A DNA stretch of 63,652 nt, filler included, from Octopus bimaculoides (GCF_001194135.2; 4 parts of 4 records of this genome joined end to end with filler, not necessarily neighbours in it), one strand, 5' to 3'. Shown: positions 38,822-53,132, counted from the whole stretch's first letter. Notes: generated by a model not told the origin, from the letters alone. A program made the numbers and translations.

Positions 38822-39899
38822 NNNNNNNNNNNNNNNNNNNNNNNNNNNNNNNNNNNNNNNNNNNNNNNNNNNNNNNNNNNNNNNNNNNNNNNNNNNNNNN
38901 NNNNNNNNNNNNNNNNNNNNNNNNNNNNNNNNNNNNNNNNNNNNNNNNNNNNNNNNNNNNNNNNNNNNNNNNNNNNNNNNNNNNNNNNNNNNNNNNNNNN
39001 NNNNNNNNNNNNNNNNNNNNNNNNNNNNNNNNNNNNNNNNNNNNNNNNNNNNNNNNNNNNNNNNNNNNNNNNNNNNNNNNNNNNNNNNNNNNNNNNNNNN
39101 NNNNNNNNNNNNNNNNNNNNNNNNNNNNNNNNNNNNNNNNNNNNNNNTATATATATATGTATATATATGAAAGATGTTAAGCGTAACTGGAGAAATCAAC
39201 TAACAAACCAACGAAAGTATAAGTATAAGCTATTACATGCGTGTGTATGCATCTATATGCATATGTATGTGTATATGTGTGTATGTATGTATGTATGTAT
39301 GTATGTACGTATGTATGTATGCATGTATGTATGTATACATGTGTATGTATGTGTGTATGTATGTATATATGTATGCATTATGTATGTGTGTGTATGCATG
39401 TGTATATAATAGACATTGCAATATTGTGGGAGTAAGGGAGCAGGTATGTGCTATAGAAAATACTTACCACACAGACGTGCACATGACAGGGCCTCTGAGT
39501 AACCCTGGTTGGGTTCCTGCTTGGAGTTCGAATTACGCGGGTTAAAATGCTTTTCTAGAAAATGAGAAAAAGTTTAGTATTTATGTAATTAGAAATGAAA
39601 ATCAGTAGTTTGTTAAATATATGCATACGAAAGCATACATATACATAGTGTGAAATTTGGAAGAGATTTGAAAGCCGTTTATATATGTGTGCGTGTGTGT
39701 TCGTGTGTGCGCGTGCGCGCGTATTTATGTATATGTGTATGCATGTGCGCGTGGTATAAACATTTGCAAAACTTGCAGTATTGCTCAAAGAATATATAAT
39801 AGCTTGTTGATGTGGAATGCAAGGTTTATAATAATTGAGTCTACTTAGTATGCTGGTAGTAGTGGAACGGTAAGTATGCACCAGTATGACCAAAACTTT

Positions 39900-41800
39900 G
39901 TGAAACTATCTCATACACACTTTCCTCACAACTGCCTGCACCATAAAATCTTCAATCGAAACAATACAAACCTTAGTTATAGCAGTACATAAAATTTTGC
40001 ATTATAATTAGCCAGAATCAAAGGTAGAGATTCTTTGACTCGCTTATCTCCAACCTGCTTTAGTGTATGCAAGTGCACTAGCTCTACAAGATGCTTCTTA
40101 GATGAGATTTGTACTACAAAATCTGTCATATATATTACCGATATTTTCTCTGTCAACACCCTCTCTCTCGTACTCTGCATACATACAACCAACACATTTA
40201 AATTTAGGTTCAACAAGCGTGCAATCTCTCAGTAATGCAGCAAGAATAGTAGTCGTAAACGTGTTCAAGTCCAAAACATCAATAATTTCATGATTAAATG
40301 GAAAGTAATAGACCACTCCAAGTTTTATGCAAAAGCGAACATTCCGGCTGCTACTCCTCAGATATGATGAGCATCTTGTTCCACAAAAGAACCGTCCTGA
40401 ACTTAAAATCAGGGTTTATATCTTTATTGCACATACAGTCTTTTCTTCCAAACCAAATTAACAAAAATGTAAGAGCAGAGTTTCAATTGTCACATTTCAC
40501 ATCTTTATATAAACATTTTCTTCAATACATGCATATTTGTGGTTTCCTGTGCTGCAGCAGGAGAGACAGAAAGATCATTGATGTAAAAATTTCTTTTTTG
40601 TTTCTTTTTGTGCTCCTCTGTTAAATGTGAACATTTCTTTGGGCCAAGTTCCAACCTGATATTTGTTGAAGATGTTATTAAATCTAACTGTCCCGCGGCA
40701 TTGTAAATATTTATAGCATAGATCTTTAAATCGCCCACGAAGGAATTATAGACATTATTGTCTTTTGCTGTGGAAGATCATATTACATGAGGAGTGAATA
40801 ATTTTTTATAAAAAATATGACAGTAGACTTAATGCCAAAATAAACAGAAACACAAGAAGTATGTCTCATTATAATATTCCTTTTAAAAATATATAACATT
40901 TTTACAGTCGTTCGACTTTCAGCTATCTGGGTGTGTGTTGTTAGGCAAGTTTTTGTAAGCAATTTAATAGCAGCAACTAAGACAGCAGTTACATTCAGTA
41001 AATGCATTGATTCCAGGAACCATGAGATGGGAATAGTATTACACGCCTCTTTGTAATTAAGTCATTCTTTGTCACAAGGTTTCTGTGATATTTCGTTTCA
41101 ATTTGGACAAAAGTTGTTCGGTACGTTCCCATAGGCTTTTCTTTCTACCTGCACACGCATCGTTGAACTAACACTATTCTTAGGGGAATTCATTTAATTT
41201 TTTGTGGTATGTCAATTTGGACTTCCATAAGTCTATTAAATAAACATGTTGGTGACTTTTTGTAGAACGTCACCAACTTGCACCAGCATCTAGTTATTAG
41301 GGGCATTCACAGCTTATGTTAGCGTTTCAAAGTTGATACTGTACGTGTTTGCATTGTTTTACTATTGTTGCTGGTAAAGTATTGCTTCCGAAGTATATTT
41401 ACCCCTGATGCATTACATTTTAAATCCTTCTTTCCATTCCAAAATACTTTTAAGACCTCCCAAGAAAGACCTCTTTTGCAGTGATGCCGCTTTTCTTTTC
41501 ATCTTCCAATGTACAACTTGTAGTTTAGAAGCAAAACTGTGGATAATGTTAGGTCCGCCAAATAGTTCTTATCGATGATGAATTTTTTCACTCACCATCC
41601 TGTTTTCGATATTAAGATTAACTTCTCTTCAAAAGTTTAGAAAGTAGTATCTCCCTACATTTTAGTCATTTTTGTTTTCATGAGATGTATATGATGTGCT
41701 ACGAAACTATTGTTCCCCTTAAACCTTATGAGGGCATCCAAATGTCTGATTCTATTGTGCATTTTGTTATTTTATTCTGCCCTTGTTAATCACTTGATTT
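39900..41800 (-). mobile_element. Decayed RT region of an RLE retrotransposon (lineage B-like)
   Basis: ORF 40505-40738 region reads (F)VGDLKIYAINIYNAAGQLDLITSSTNIRLELGPKKC, similar to FVDDLKLY...IGMEFGxDKC. Downstream NTFTTTILAA fits the thumb region. Boundaries are approximate. Confidence 0.6.
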
Positions 41801-42079
41801 GCTTATGTCGATTGATTTCATTATCGAGTGCATTACGGGCGAACGTTCCTTCAGAGTGATAGCAACTGTATATAGCTAAGCCAGTATTTGTTTTTGCATA
41901 TTTAGCTATAAACTCTAGTGATATCGTCTGGTAATGTCGTCAATAACGGTTTGCGCGGTCATTAGAAGGCTTAGTGAAATTTTAAAATTCTACCACTTCC
42001 GGACAAGTCTTATACTTAGTATTGAGGTTAGTACTTTCTTTACGTCATCACCGTTCTATTTAATGGTAGCTTTGGTTTG

Positions 42080-42180
42080 GTGGGTCAATAAAATAAGTAC
42101 CAGTTGAACACTGGAATCTATGTAAATGACTTAACCCCGCCCCAAATTACTGGCTTTGTGCCAAAATTTGAAACCAATAT
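42080..42180 (-). mobile_element. Partial 210-bp SINE-like element
   Basis: aaaataagtaccagttgaacactgg...ggctttgtgccaaaatttgaaaccaata. Confidence 0.7.
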
Positions 42181-42601
42181 TAGTACCAACAGCGAATTCA
42201 GAAACTAAAAATTCAAGTATAATGAAAAGTATTTTATATACGAGTAGTTTGGTCTGAATAACACTCAGTTACTGAGTAAAAAGTACTTCATAGTTATATA
42301 CATGACAATAAATAAACAATACGGATCTTGTCTGGGGAAAATATACTTGCTGAGGAAAATATTTATTTGTAACAAATGTTTAAATTGCCCTCCATTCTTA
42401 AATGTTTCTTATCGAGACAATCTATTATCAATATGTGTGTGTTTCTGTGCGTATTCGTGTGCATTCAATGGCATACGATTTTTGTGTTCATATACAATCA
42501 ATACATACGATGTAGTCATTTATATGATGACTGTTGTATGCATAATCAATGCATTTATATATGATTAACACACACGCGTATATATGTATGTGTATGAGTG
42601 A

Positions 42602-42642
<41 letters not shown>

Positions 42643-42660
42643 TATATATAAACGTGTGTT

Positions 42661-42731
<71 letters not shown>

Positions 42732-42733
<2 letters not shown>

Positions 42734-42960
42734 ATTGCCCTCACGATGGCGAAATCGGGTTTTGGATTCCCAGACAAGCAATACGTGGTGTTCTTGAGCA
42801 AAACGTCTTTTCATGTTGCTTCAGACCACTCAGCTGTAAGTGAGTAACCTTGCGACGGACTGGCGTTCCGTCCAGGGGAAAATGTTACCTTACCCACCTA
42901 GCCAGCGGATTCACATTATGCGAAAGCCACAACAAGCGAGGATTTTTGAAACCAGCTGTG
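42732..42960 (+). mobile_element. tRNA-derived SINE with conserved central motif
   Basis: B-box-like GGTTTTGGATTCC, then gtgttcttgagcaaaac and cttgcgacggactggcgttccgtccagggg, which resembles the V-SINE-type central domain as I recall it. Confidence 0.55.
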
Positions 42961-43805
42961 TATAACATCATCCGATGGTCTGGTCGATACAGTGATACAA
43001 TACGTCTAAATGTGAATGTGTATACATATATGTGTGTGTCTCTGTGCGTTTGTGTGTGTGTACGCGCGTGTGTATGTGTGTATATATACATACGCGCGTA
43101 CACGCTCATACACGCACACTTACATACATATATATATTTACATATATACATGCATACATTTACATATATACATGCATACTTTTTCTTGATGTATCCATGT
43201 AGTTATGTATTTATGTATTTATGAATGTCTGAATCATATAAAAAATAGCTAAGATTTTTATGTAAACTGATATTTTCAAATATGCATATGTAAACATTAC
43301 AATATGAAGGCGGGTAATCTGATACCTGCAAGATTGCATTATCGGTATGGCATTCTTTCACTTCTGATTAGCCAACATGTATGTGCACGTCTCTGCGCAT
43401 GTCTGTGTGTGTGTGTGTGTGCGTGCCTATGTGTGCGTGCGCGCGTGTGTGAATGTGTTTACACAGTCATTATATACTTGCCTATTTGCCTCGATGTGGA
43501 TAGATCCCACGGATCATATTAATCTAAGCAATAAATTATTCCACTTATCAAACCAAGTAATAAAATCTCATTTTCCCAACAAACCGTGTTGCACAAAACG
43601 AGTGTCTACAAGACAACAAAGAAACCTCTACAGAATCATTTGACATGCTAGAAAAAGCAGCCAAATTTATTTCACATCATACTCCCATTGTATTAGATAA
43701 ATATGAGAACGTTGTTGTTGAGTGCCAAGAACTTAGACCAAAATGCTTTACGTCTTCTTGAGAATGACACTTTTTACAGCAACAATGCTTTTCTCTCATC
43801 CTCTG

Positions 43806-43843
<38 letters not shown>

Positions 43844-44128
43844 CTTTTGGTTTAGAAGCAATATTCTTATCGTCGTTTCTGCTTGTGCACAGTTAACTGA
43901 AACCCCACCCAAAGTAACAATGGGTGAAGTTGGTCTAGGTTTTCACATTGAGTTACTGAAGTGGCACCAGACGATATAACATTTCAGTATGTAGGTTGTA
44001 TATATATATCACTATGGATATATATATANNNNNNNNNNNNNNNNNNNNNNNNNNNNNNNNNNNNNNNNNNNNTTAATTAATTAANNNNNNNNNNNNNNNN
44101 NNNNNNNNNNNNNNNNNNNNNNNNNNNN

Positions 44129-44287
44129 CCTTTGAGTTGTTGGTCATTTTTTGTAAAGAGCTTTAAATCATCCATGTAAATGAGATGATTTATATTTTTA
44201 TCAAATATTTTATAACCATACTGTGCATCATTGAGCAATTTTGAGAGCGGTATTAGGGCTAGACAGAAGAGGAGTGGTGATAGTGAT
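44129..44287 (-). mobile_element. R4/Dong-like RT core fragment (lineage A), 5'-truncated
   Basis: Stop-free LSPLLFCLALIPLSKLLNDAQYGYKIFDKNINHLIYMDDLKLFTKNDQQLK, with YMDD at 44179-44168. Runs into a gap. Confidence 0.9.
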
Positions 44288-44310
44288 ATTATTATTATTA
44301 TTAGTATTAC

Positions 44311-44369
<59 letters not shown>

Positions 44370-44373
44370 GTAT

Positions 44374-44418
<45 letters not shown>

Positions 44419-44499
44419 AATGATGATGATGATGATGATGAATAACCTAAATAATAATAAAAATAATATATATATATATAATAACAACAAATGAATAAA

Positions 44500-44926
44500 A
44501 AAGAAAGAACATACGACCAGACATCGGAAAACGGACATTATTGTGGTGAATAAAAAAGAAATAACATGTATGATAATGGCATAGCATGCCCCGGTGACAA
44601 CAGGATCAATGTGAAAAAAGAAGAAAACATTAACAACTATGATAATTTAAAGTGGGAAATACAAATGCTGTGGTCAATGAAGAGAGTAGACGTGATTCTA
44701 ATAGTAAATGGTGCACCTGGCAGTATCAATACTCAACTACAAACAAAAAAGATCGATACAAATGTGAAGTTAGAACAACTAAAAAAATCAGCATTGCTTG
44801 GAACTGCATGAATTCTTTGCAGTGTTCTAGAAGCCAGACTAGTAAACAAGTGTCATCTTAGTCTGTTGGCTGTGGACAGCTGACACTTTTCATCATACCT
44901 AGCAAAATATACTGAGTTTTCACATA
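44500..44926 (+). mobile_element. R4/Dong-like RLE 3' end (lineage A)
   Basis: GIACPGDNRINVKKEE...YDNLKWEIQMLW...KLEQLKKSALLGTA, then a 3' UTR and (TAA)n. Confidence 0.85.
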
Positions 44927-44999
44927 ATAATAATAAAAAGAAAAAGAAGAACAAGAACAACAACAACAACAACAGGTACAGCAACAACAACAACAACAC

Positions 45000-45041
<42 letters not shown>

Positions 45042-45070
45042 TAATAATAATGAGGATGATTATGATGATT

Positions 45071-46845
45071 TCATTTATTTACCACAAGGGCGAAGGATGA
45101 GGGGGGGCAATACAAAGACAGACATAAAGTGTGGGAGTTTACATATAATGAAATGATTTTAAAAAATGAAAGAAAGAAAGAAAGAAAGAAAGAAAGTATA
45201 CACTGGAAAAGAAGGGACACATGCATAGCATACAAAGGTTTTAAAAAGTAGCGGGCTGGAAGATAGATATGTAGCCCTCCTGATACAGGAAGGTCTCTAG
45301 GCATAATCGAGGAACCCCACCGACCGAAATTGTTTGAAACCCCAGAAGCAGGTGCCCTCTTCAGTTCCTTCTCTTCGATTCACTGGTCTACACCGAGAGA
45401 AGTACCATCCACTCTTGCCATTTTCGCAACTTTCACTCACCTTTCAGTAAACTCACTCGAGGACAGCACTTCCATATCCACTCTCAGTTCCTTTTTCAAG
45501 TGAAACTTGAAGAAGTCAATAAGAGACCTAACAAGGAGGAACATATCTGCTCTCTTGCCTTTCAGCCTTGTCCAACAAATAACCACAGCCACTGGGCAAG
45601 GGAAAACTGCCCGATTGAAGTAGGGGCGGCTATGCGATCATCACTACAGACTCGGCCGACAGATGGATCCGCGCCACACGTGACAACAGCAGTTCGACAT
45701 AACCCGACAAGTCAACAATGCTCGGACACTGAACGAGGGTGTGCAGGACGGTCTCGGCACTCTGCGCCTCGGACAAACCCAGTCTCGGTATTTTCTTCAC
45801 CCACGACTGCAGGTCCGTCAAGGAGATGAGCTGCGAAAACACAAGCTTCACAAACGGAGCCTACACGCACTCATCGTCCAGAAATAGTTACAGGTGGCGT
45901 AACTTAATAGCATCTCTGCGACTTAGGAGCCACGGCATACCTAATCCGGCACTCAGAGGGTGCTGGCAAGATGCTGACGCGTCTCTTGCACTAGAATTTT
46001 AATAAGTGACGCTCGAACTTGGTCAAGTAGTAAACGAGACAAGGCACGACGGTCAGGCGATAAATGATAACGGAGGCGATGTAAGCATTCGCCACCACTG
46101 TCCGATCTTTCAGGGACAGCTTTCGCTTAGCTCATTTCTGCGTAAGACTGGCCACATTGTTCGCCACCTCGTCCCAATTCGTATCAATTTGAGGCTGGAA
46201 CCAAAGCAGAACTCGAACAGTTTACTTGTATCTCGGTCCANNNNNNNNNNNNNNNNNNNNNNNNNNNNNNNNNNNNNNNNNNNNNNNNNNNNNNNCGATG
46301 GCATCGACTTGCCTCTGCAGGAGCCGAACAGCAAACCCACCGATTTGTCGGCGTTGATTTCAACCCCTGCAACCGACTCATCTTCCTTTAGGATGGTGCC
46401 GACCGTCTTCACTTCGGAGACGTTTGACACCATGACGGTGATGACATCCACGTATGCCGACACTGCCCTTCCTTGTTCCAGTTCAAAAGAGATGCTCCTT
46501 AGCTGTTCGAACTTCCGCAGCAGTGGCTCAAATGCCAATACATACAAAAGAGGTGGTAGCGGGAAGCCCTGACGGACTGAGCGTGCGATGCTAAATGGTT
46601 CCGATACGTGGCCGTTTACTTTGAGCAGCGAACAGGTGCCGCTCTTCATTGCAAAGATCCAACCTCTGAAAATGGGTCCGAAACCGCATGCTTTCAGGAT
46701 GGTTTCCAAGTAGCGATGGTCGACCCAATCGAATGCATTTGATTAATCGAAATTGATCAGAGCATCCCTCAAGCCAGCCCTGTCTATGATGTATCGCATA
46801 AGGTGGAGGTTGTCATGGGTAGATCTACTTGCGATTGCGTTTGCG
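45071..46845 (-). mobile_element. L1/Tx1-clade LINE, 5'-truncated ORF2 plus 3' UTR
   Basis: HDNLHLMRYII...AFDWVDHRYLETILKACGFGPIF...SVRQGFPLPPLLYVLAFEPLL...AYVDVIT, the zinc-knuckle remnant ETVLHTLVQCP, and AATAAA before (ATC/ATT)n. Contains stops. Confidence 0.9.
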
Positions 46846-46910
46846 CTTCTCCGACCTGGCTACCTACGAGAAACACCCATAATAATGGTGTAGTGGTGGT
46901 GATGATGATA

Positions 46911-47320
46911 GGCACAAGGTCTGAAATTTGGAGTGTTGGAGTAATTCCTTTAAACAAAGCTCCAGTGCTCAACTGGTACTTATCTCCTCGACCCTGAAAA
47001 GATGAAAGTCGATCTTGGCGGAATTTGATTAGTAAGCACCGGAAAAAATGCTGCTTGGCATTTGATCCAGTGTGCTAACAAATCTGCCATCTGTTAGTCT
47101 TTATTCAACATATAGCTTTCAATACTTTTTTCTAATATATGTATATATGTACAACGCCTGGAAATTTAGAGGAATGTGTTAGTCGATTACACCAATCCCA
47201 GCTCTCACCTGATATTTATTTTATCGAGCCCCATCTCGGTAAAGTTTAAACTCAAAATGAAAAGCCGGATTTAACGGTGTTAAGCGTTTTCTCCGTCGCG
47301 TTATCGATTCTATCCAACCA
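46911..47320 (+). mobile_element. Two decayed 210-bp SINE-like copies
   Basis: ggcacaaggtctgaaattt...caactggtactta...gatgaaagtcgatcttggcgg. A second, more decayed copy starts at ~47150. Confidence 0.65.
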
Positions 47321-47519
47321 TCACTAACTCCATCAAAGCTAACTGGATTACCAAAACTAGTGCAAGAACTTATCAATAGCTTGGATAGACTATAAAAATT
47401 TTTTTAACAGTTTATCGCATAGTTGGTTCGAAACATGACTGGAAACTTATAAGGTATCACCTATTTTTTAAAAAACTTTTAGCCTGTTACCATAAAATCA
47501 TCAAAAGCAACATTGATTT

Positions 47520-48400
47520 TGAACACAGAGGTGGACTCTGAATGCGGAGATGTTCAAATTTCATGTGGTTCTTTTTACGATGATCCTCTATCACCACACC
47601 TCTTTTGTGTAGCTTTGATACCTCGTTCCAGATTACTGAATGAAATATAGTATGACTGTCAAACTTATGAGATAAATATTGACCATCTTTTATTTTTTTT
47701 TTTCATGGATGATGTATAGCTCTTCACAAAAAAATGACGAGTAACTTTAATGCCAATAGACGGTTGCAAAACATCTTAGCGAGGCATTGGGATGGAATTT
47801 CACCTTGATAAATGTGCAAACATTACTATTTTCAGAGGAAACTCTCAAAATCACCCGACAGTGAGCATTGTTAACAAACTGGTATAAAGGAGTTTAAACC
47901 AGAGGAAGGCTGTAAATACCTGGATGTATATGAAGGCGATAAAATCAAACACTCAACAATACGGGTAATATCAGAAAAGAAAATGTTAGAACAGAAAATT
48001 ATCATGAGTTAAGGTCACTACTCAAGTCAGAGCTAAATGCAAGAAACAGGAGAGAAGCATTTAATACTTCAGTCATACCGGTCGTAACTTATAGTTTCAA
48101 TAAAATTAACTGATCATGTGCTGAAATCTGTAAGTTTGATAAAAAAAACATACGAAAAACTTTGACAATAAATTGAATTCACCAATCTAAAGCAGACATC
48201 GGAAGAAGCCATAGACTCTTACAAATAGAATTGTCACTGAAAATTACCACGATTAGCCTAAATACTTTTCAGAAAAAAAATCCGAGACTTGGAGACTCAA
48301 ACTTGTTTTAAAGCACGAACACACCAAAAATGTATATCTGGTAACAAAAGAAGCAAGAGAATATTCAAAACGAATTCCAAATGCGTTAAATCCCAGAATT
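47520..48400 (+). mobile_element. R4/Dong-like RT-to-thumb fragment (lineage A), decayed
   Basis: LSPHLFCVALIP, FFMDDV, GMEFHLDKCA and KSELNARNRREAFNT remnants. Same family as 44129-44287. Confidence 0.8.
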
Positions 48401-48481
48401 AGATAAACCGAGACCAACAACAAATAAACCAAACGGAACACTGCGTGAGTCTTAGTATTTTGTCCAGGTAGGCGTTGAAGT

Positions 48482-48555
48482 TCATCGTGCTGTCCGAGCC
48501 ACTATTTTCTCTCGGATAGTCAAGAAAACGTCGCTGAAAAGCCGCACATATTTGC
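48482..48555 (-). CDS. Candidate terminal exon (GKYVRLFSDVFLTIREKIVARTAR*), product unknown
   Basis: tttggttccAG acceptor and a protein-like frame ending in TGA. Could equally be TE sequence. Confidence 0.2.
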
Positions 48556-49038
48556 CTGGAACCAAACAGCATGCACACGTCAAGGTTCATGAAAGGTTGA
48601 ATTATGGCATTATTATTACAATGTGTCGATGTCACTCGGATTCATTTAATGGTTTTTGTTCCAACGTATTTTACTCTACGCACCTTAGCTTTGACTAACC
48701 AGCCGCCGTGTTTCACTCCGGAAAATTGTTTGAGCACATCTTTTCAACGTGTCTCATCTAAGTATTACCTAGTTCTCCCTCTACTCTACTTGTTTTACTG
48801 TTAGGTCCCCTTTCCAGTTCGAACAACCAGCACCGGCTAAAATAATTCGCTAATGTATTCTGTGTAAGCTTGGTGACTAGGAAAGAAGCATTCACCTGAC
48901 ATTGACTGAACTACCTTTTATAAAACCTATCTTGGTCAACGGTACAGACCACATATCATAAGCTTGCATTTCTTATGACTTTAACGACCAGCGCTAATGC
49001 TGTCCACGGTTGTACAGTAGGAGTACAGAATAAGTGAA

Positions 49039-49663
<625 letters not shown>

Positions 49664-50608
49664 NNNNNNNNNNNNNNNNNNNNNNNNNNNNNNNNNNNNN
49701 NNNNNNNNNNNNNNNNNNNNNNNNNNNNNNNNNNNNNNNNNNNNNNNNNNNNNNNNNNNNNNNNNNNNNNNNNNNNNNNNNNNNNNNNNNNNNNNNNNNN
49801 NNNNNNNNNNNNNNNNNNNNNNNNNNNNNNNNNNNNNNNNNNNNNNNNNNNNNNNNNNNNNNNNNNNNNNNNNNNNNNNNNNNNNNNNNNNNNNNNNNNN
49901 NNNNNNNNNNNNNNNNNNNNNNNNNNNNNNNNNNNNNNNNNNNNNNNNNNNNNNNNNNNNNNNNNNNNNNNNNNNNNNNNNNNNNNNNNNNNNNNNNNNN
50001 NNNNNNNNNNNNNNNNNNNNNNNNNNNNNNNNNNNNNNNNNNNNNNNNNNNNNNNNNNNNNNNNNNNNNNNNNNNNNNNNNNNNNNNNNNNNNNNNNNNN
50101 NNNNNNNNNNNNNNNNNNNNNNNNNNNNNNNNNNNNNNNNNNNNNNNNNNNNNNNNNNNNNNNNNNNNNNNNNNNNNNNNNNNNNNNNNNNNNNNNNNNN
50201 NNNNNNNNNNNNNNNNNNNNNNNNNNNNNNNNNNNNNNNNNNNNNNNNNNNNNNNNNNNNNNNNNNNNNNNNNNNNNNNNNNNNNNNNNNNNNNNNNNNN
50301 NNNNNNNNNNNNNNNNNNNNNNNNNNNNNNNNNNNNNNNNNNNNNNNNNNNNNNNNNNNNNNNNNNNNNNNNNNNNNNNNNNNNNNNNNNNNNNNNNNNN
50401 NNNNNNNNNNNNNNNNNNNNNNNNNNNNNNNNNNNNNNNNNNNNNNNNNNNNNNNNNNNNNNNNNNNNNNNNNNNNNNNNNNNNNNNNNNNNNNNNNNNN
50501 NNNNNNNNNNNNNNNNNNNNNNNNNNNNNNNNNNNNNNNNNNNNNNTCATGCAACACTTTTGAAATGCCAGCGAAACGTCGGTGCCAGTTAATCACTAAA
50601 GGAATTCT

Positions 50609-50662
<54 letters not shown>

Positions 50663-50684
50663 GTAATAATAATAATAATAATAG

Positions 50685-50900
50685 TTTATTCTTTTATCAA
50701 CCAAACGGTTTACATACAAAACATTAATTGACATAGAACAACAGGACGATAGAATGGGTTTTCGCATGTACACAATGTAATAACAATAAAATTGAACAAA
50801 TTAAAACTCCCAATAGGGAGGCGCTTTAAGGTCGTCGTGGAAAAACTCACAAAAGCCACGGGTGGCTGAACAGCAGATCAAGTGCCTGTCTCGTTGTTTG
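50685..50900 (-). mobile_element. Possible LINE 3' end with AATAAA followed by (ATT)n
   Basis: Minus strand reads ...gttgataaaagAATAAActattattatt. No diagnostic protein motif. Confidence 0.35.
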
Positions 50901-50989
50901 GGGGTTTTTTTTTACAGTGCACACTCAGAATTGGTTCATTCACACTGGGCATTCTTCCAGCATTCACCCACCTTTCAGCAAATATGCAA

Positions 50990-51256
50990 CGCATCCCTCT
51001 CCACCCACAACTTCCTGTAATAACTGGTGCATTAGGAACTGTTAGTAAAGATATAGACAAATGGTTGAAGGAGATTGAAAGTGAATGTACTGTAGAGCTT
51101 CTACTGAAAGTTTTCCTCTGAGGGACAAGAAAGATTATCAGGAGGGTGTCAAGCACTTGAAAGTGTATTGAAAGTTTATCGTTACCTAAGGTTACAGGTA
51201 ATAACCTGCTACCCACATAAATTCTCTCAGGGATAAGTATGACCATGAATCAAATC

Positions 51257-51258
<2 letters not shown>
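50990..51258 (+). mobile_element. R4/Dong-like extreme 3' end (lineage A)
   Basis: LPVITGALGTVSKDIDKWLKEIE...GT.KIIRRV, a 3' UTR, then (TAA)n at ~51259-51318. Confidence 0.8.
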
Positions 51259-51318
<60 letters not shown>

Positions 51319-52121
51319 CTCTTTCTAAGCTCAAGCTTTGATTCCTTTCTATCATCATATTGTTTTAGATTACTCAGAAAATTTAAAAGTCTATAACAAT
51401 GTATCCCGTTGTTTAATTCTGCCTCTTTCGTTGCAACTATCAAAATACCCTGTTATTATGCTTTAGCCTACTCCAGACTCTTGCAGTCCCATCTAATGAT
51501 CCGTCTCTCTTTCCACTGCCAGTATTACTGGGATCTACGCTCTGCATGTAATACTAAATATATTTTCCAACCGTTGCTTTTCAGTGCTGAAACATTTTGG
51601 AAATCCCTTCTCTGAATGATTTTTTTTTTCTTGCAAACATCGATCTACGTATGCTTGAATAATTGAAACTAAACTTCATCGATCAGCCTATATAAACATA
51701 ACTTAAATATGCATTCAAAACTGTCTCCTCGGAATAATTAGTAACGCTTTCATATATTTTTACTAATGCGATATACTGAGATATTTCCCAAAAGTAACAA
51801 ATAGATTTAATTCACTTTTTTTTTTCCTTTAGAACAACATATTAATTGGTTTATCGATTTTAACAGAGACTATATTTTTAGCCAATACTCATTATTCACC
51901 TTAGTGTTCGGAGATAATACTTCGTTCTATTCTTCATAAATAGAAGCGTATATTATAAACAACTAAGACACGTGCAAATTATATAGATATCGCATTACCA
52001 TATCCCAATTGGTAATTAGAGTTAGTGAAGTGTCTTTAGGCAGAATAAGATATACTATATTCGCATGTGGAATAACAGCTAAGGGTCCAGTAGAATGGGA
52101 TAGTTTCAGATATATGTGGAT

Positions 52122-52213
52122 TTTATTTAGCGAATATAAACTATACGTATAGGAGTGGACTTTATTTAACGAATATAAATTATACGTGCATTTTATTTAA
52201 CGAATATAAACTA
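52122..52213 (+). repeat. Three direct copies of TTTATTTAACGAATATAAACTA(TACGT)
   Basis: Copies start at 52122, 52161 and 52192. Confidence 0.8.
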
Positions 52214-53132
52214 GAAAATATATCTTCTAAAATTGCAAAGCGATCTTGAATCACGAGTAATAATATTTGCCAAAAAGAAAGAATGAATGAAAGTTTTGAT
52301 ATCTACGAAAATATAGCAATCTTTTCATGGTTTTTGTGCGGTCGATATGAAATAAATTGAAAAATTTACTGTCGACTTTGATATCAACATTAAATAGGAA
52401 ACAGTTTAGATTAGTCTTTCACTAAGTATTTACAGAGAGACAGATCATAAATAAAAAGTTATTTTCTGTGGAAGGCATATATGTTATAAAACATCAAACA
52501 CAAAAAAAAATGAATGAAAGAGAAAACAATTTATAGATTTGGATTATTGATTCCTCTAAGCGAAAATCAAACTGAATTTCCGAAATATAATATTATTTTT
52601 TATACTTTAGTAAAAAGGCTGCGTTTTATTTGACTTAACAAATATTGATTTCTGACTTGTTGCACAAGGATACAAATGTAGATCAGAGTGGAATGAGTTT
52701 ATGTGTCTTTTATGACTTTTGCAAGTGTAATAGCAGTATAAGTGAAAAGAAATTAGCTTCAATCGTATTTTGAAGATAGTTGGCAGTCTCAGTCACGTGG
52801 GATTTACCTTTAACATAATCGTGCTCAAAAATGTCAGAAATTGTTGATTCCTTTTTACCACAGTAAAAGCTATGCTATAGACGACTGCAAAAGCCCCATC
52901 TGGAGAGTGGTGCTTTCTTTATTTTCTGTAGTGTAATAGAAAGCACAATCATCACCATAATCAGTCCGATATCATAATCGAACTGCAATTTTGTTTACAC
53001 TAGTTATCTAGTATCACAAAGAAATCATATAGGAATACATTTTCGGCCTGTGTATTGAACATGTTATGTATCTGATACGGAATATGCATGGCAAAAACAG
53101 CAGTGTAATTTGCAACACTGAGTTTGCCACTC

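Noticed and set aside
51445-51535. Minus-strand GSLDGTARVWS, a WD40-like peptide
   Set aside because: Short match, stops nearby, and no splice sites framing it.
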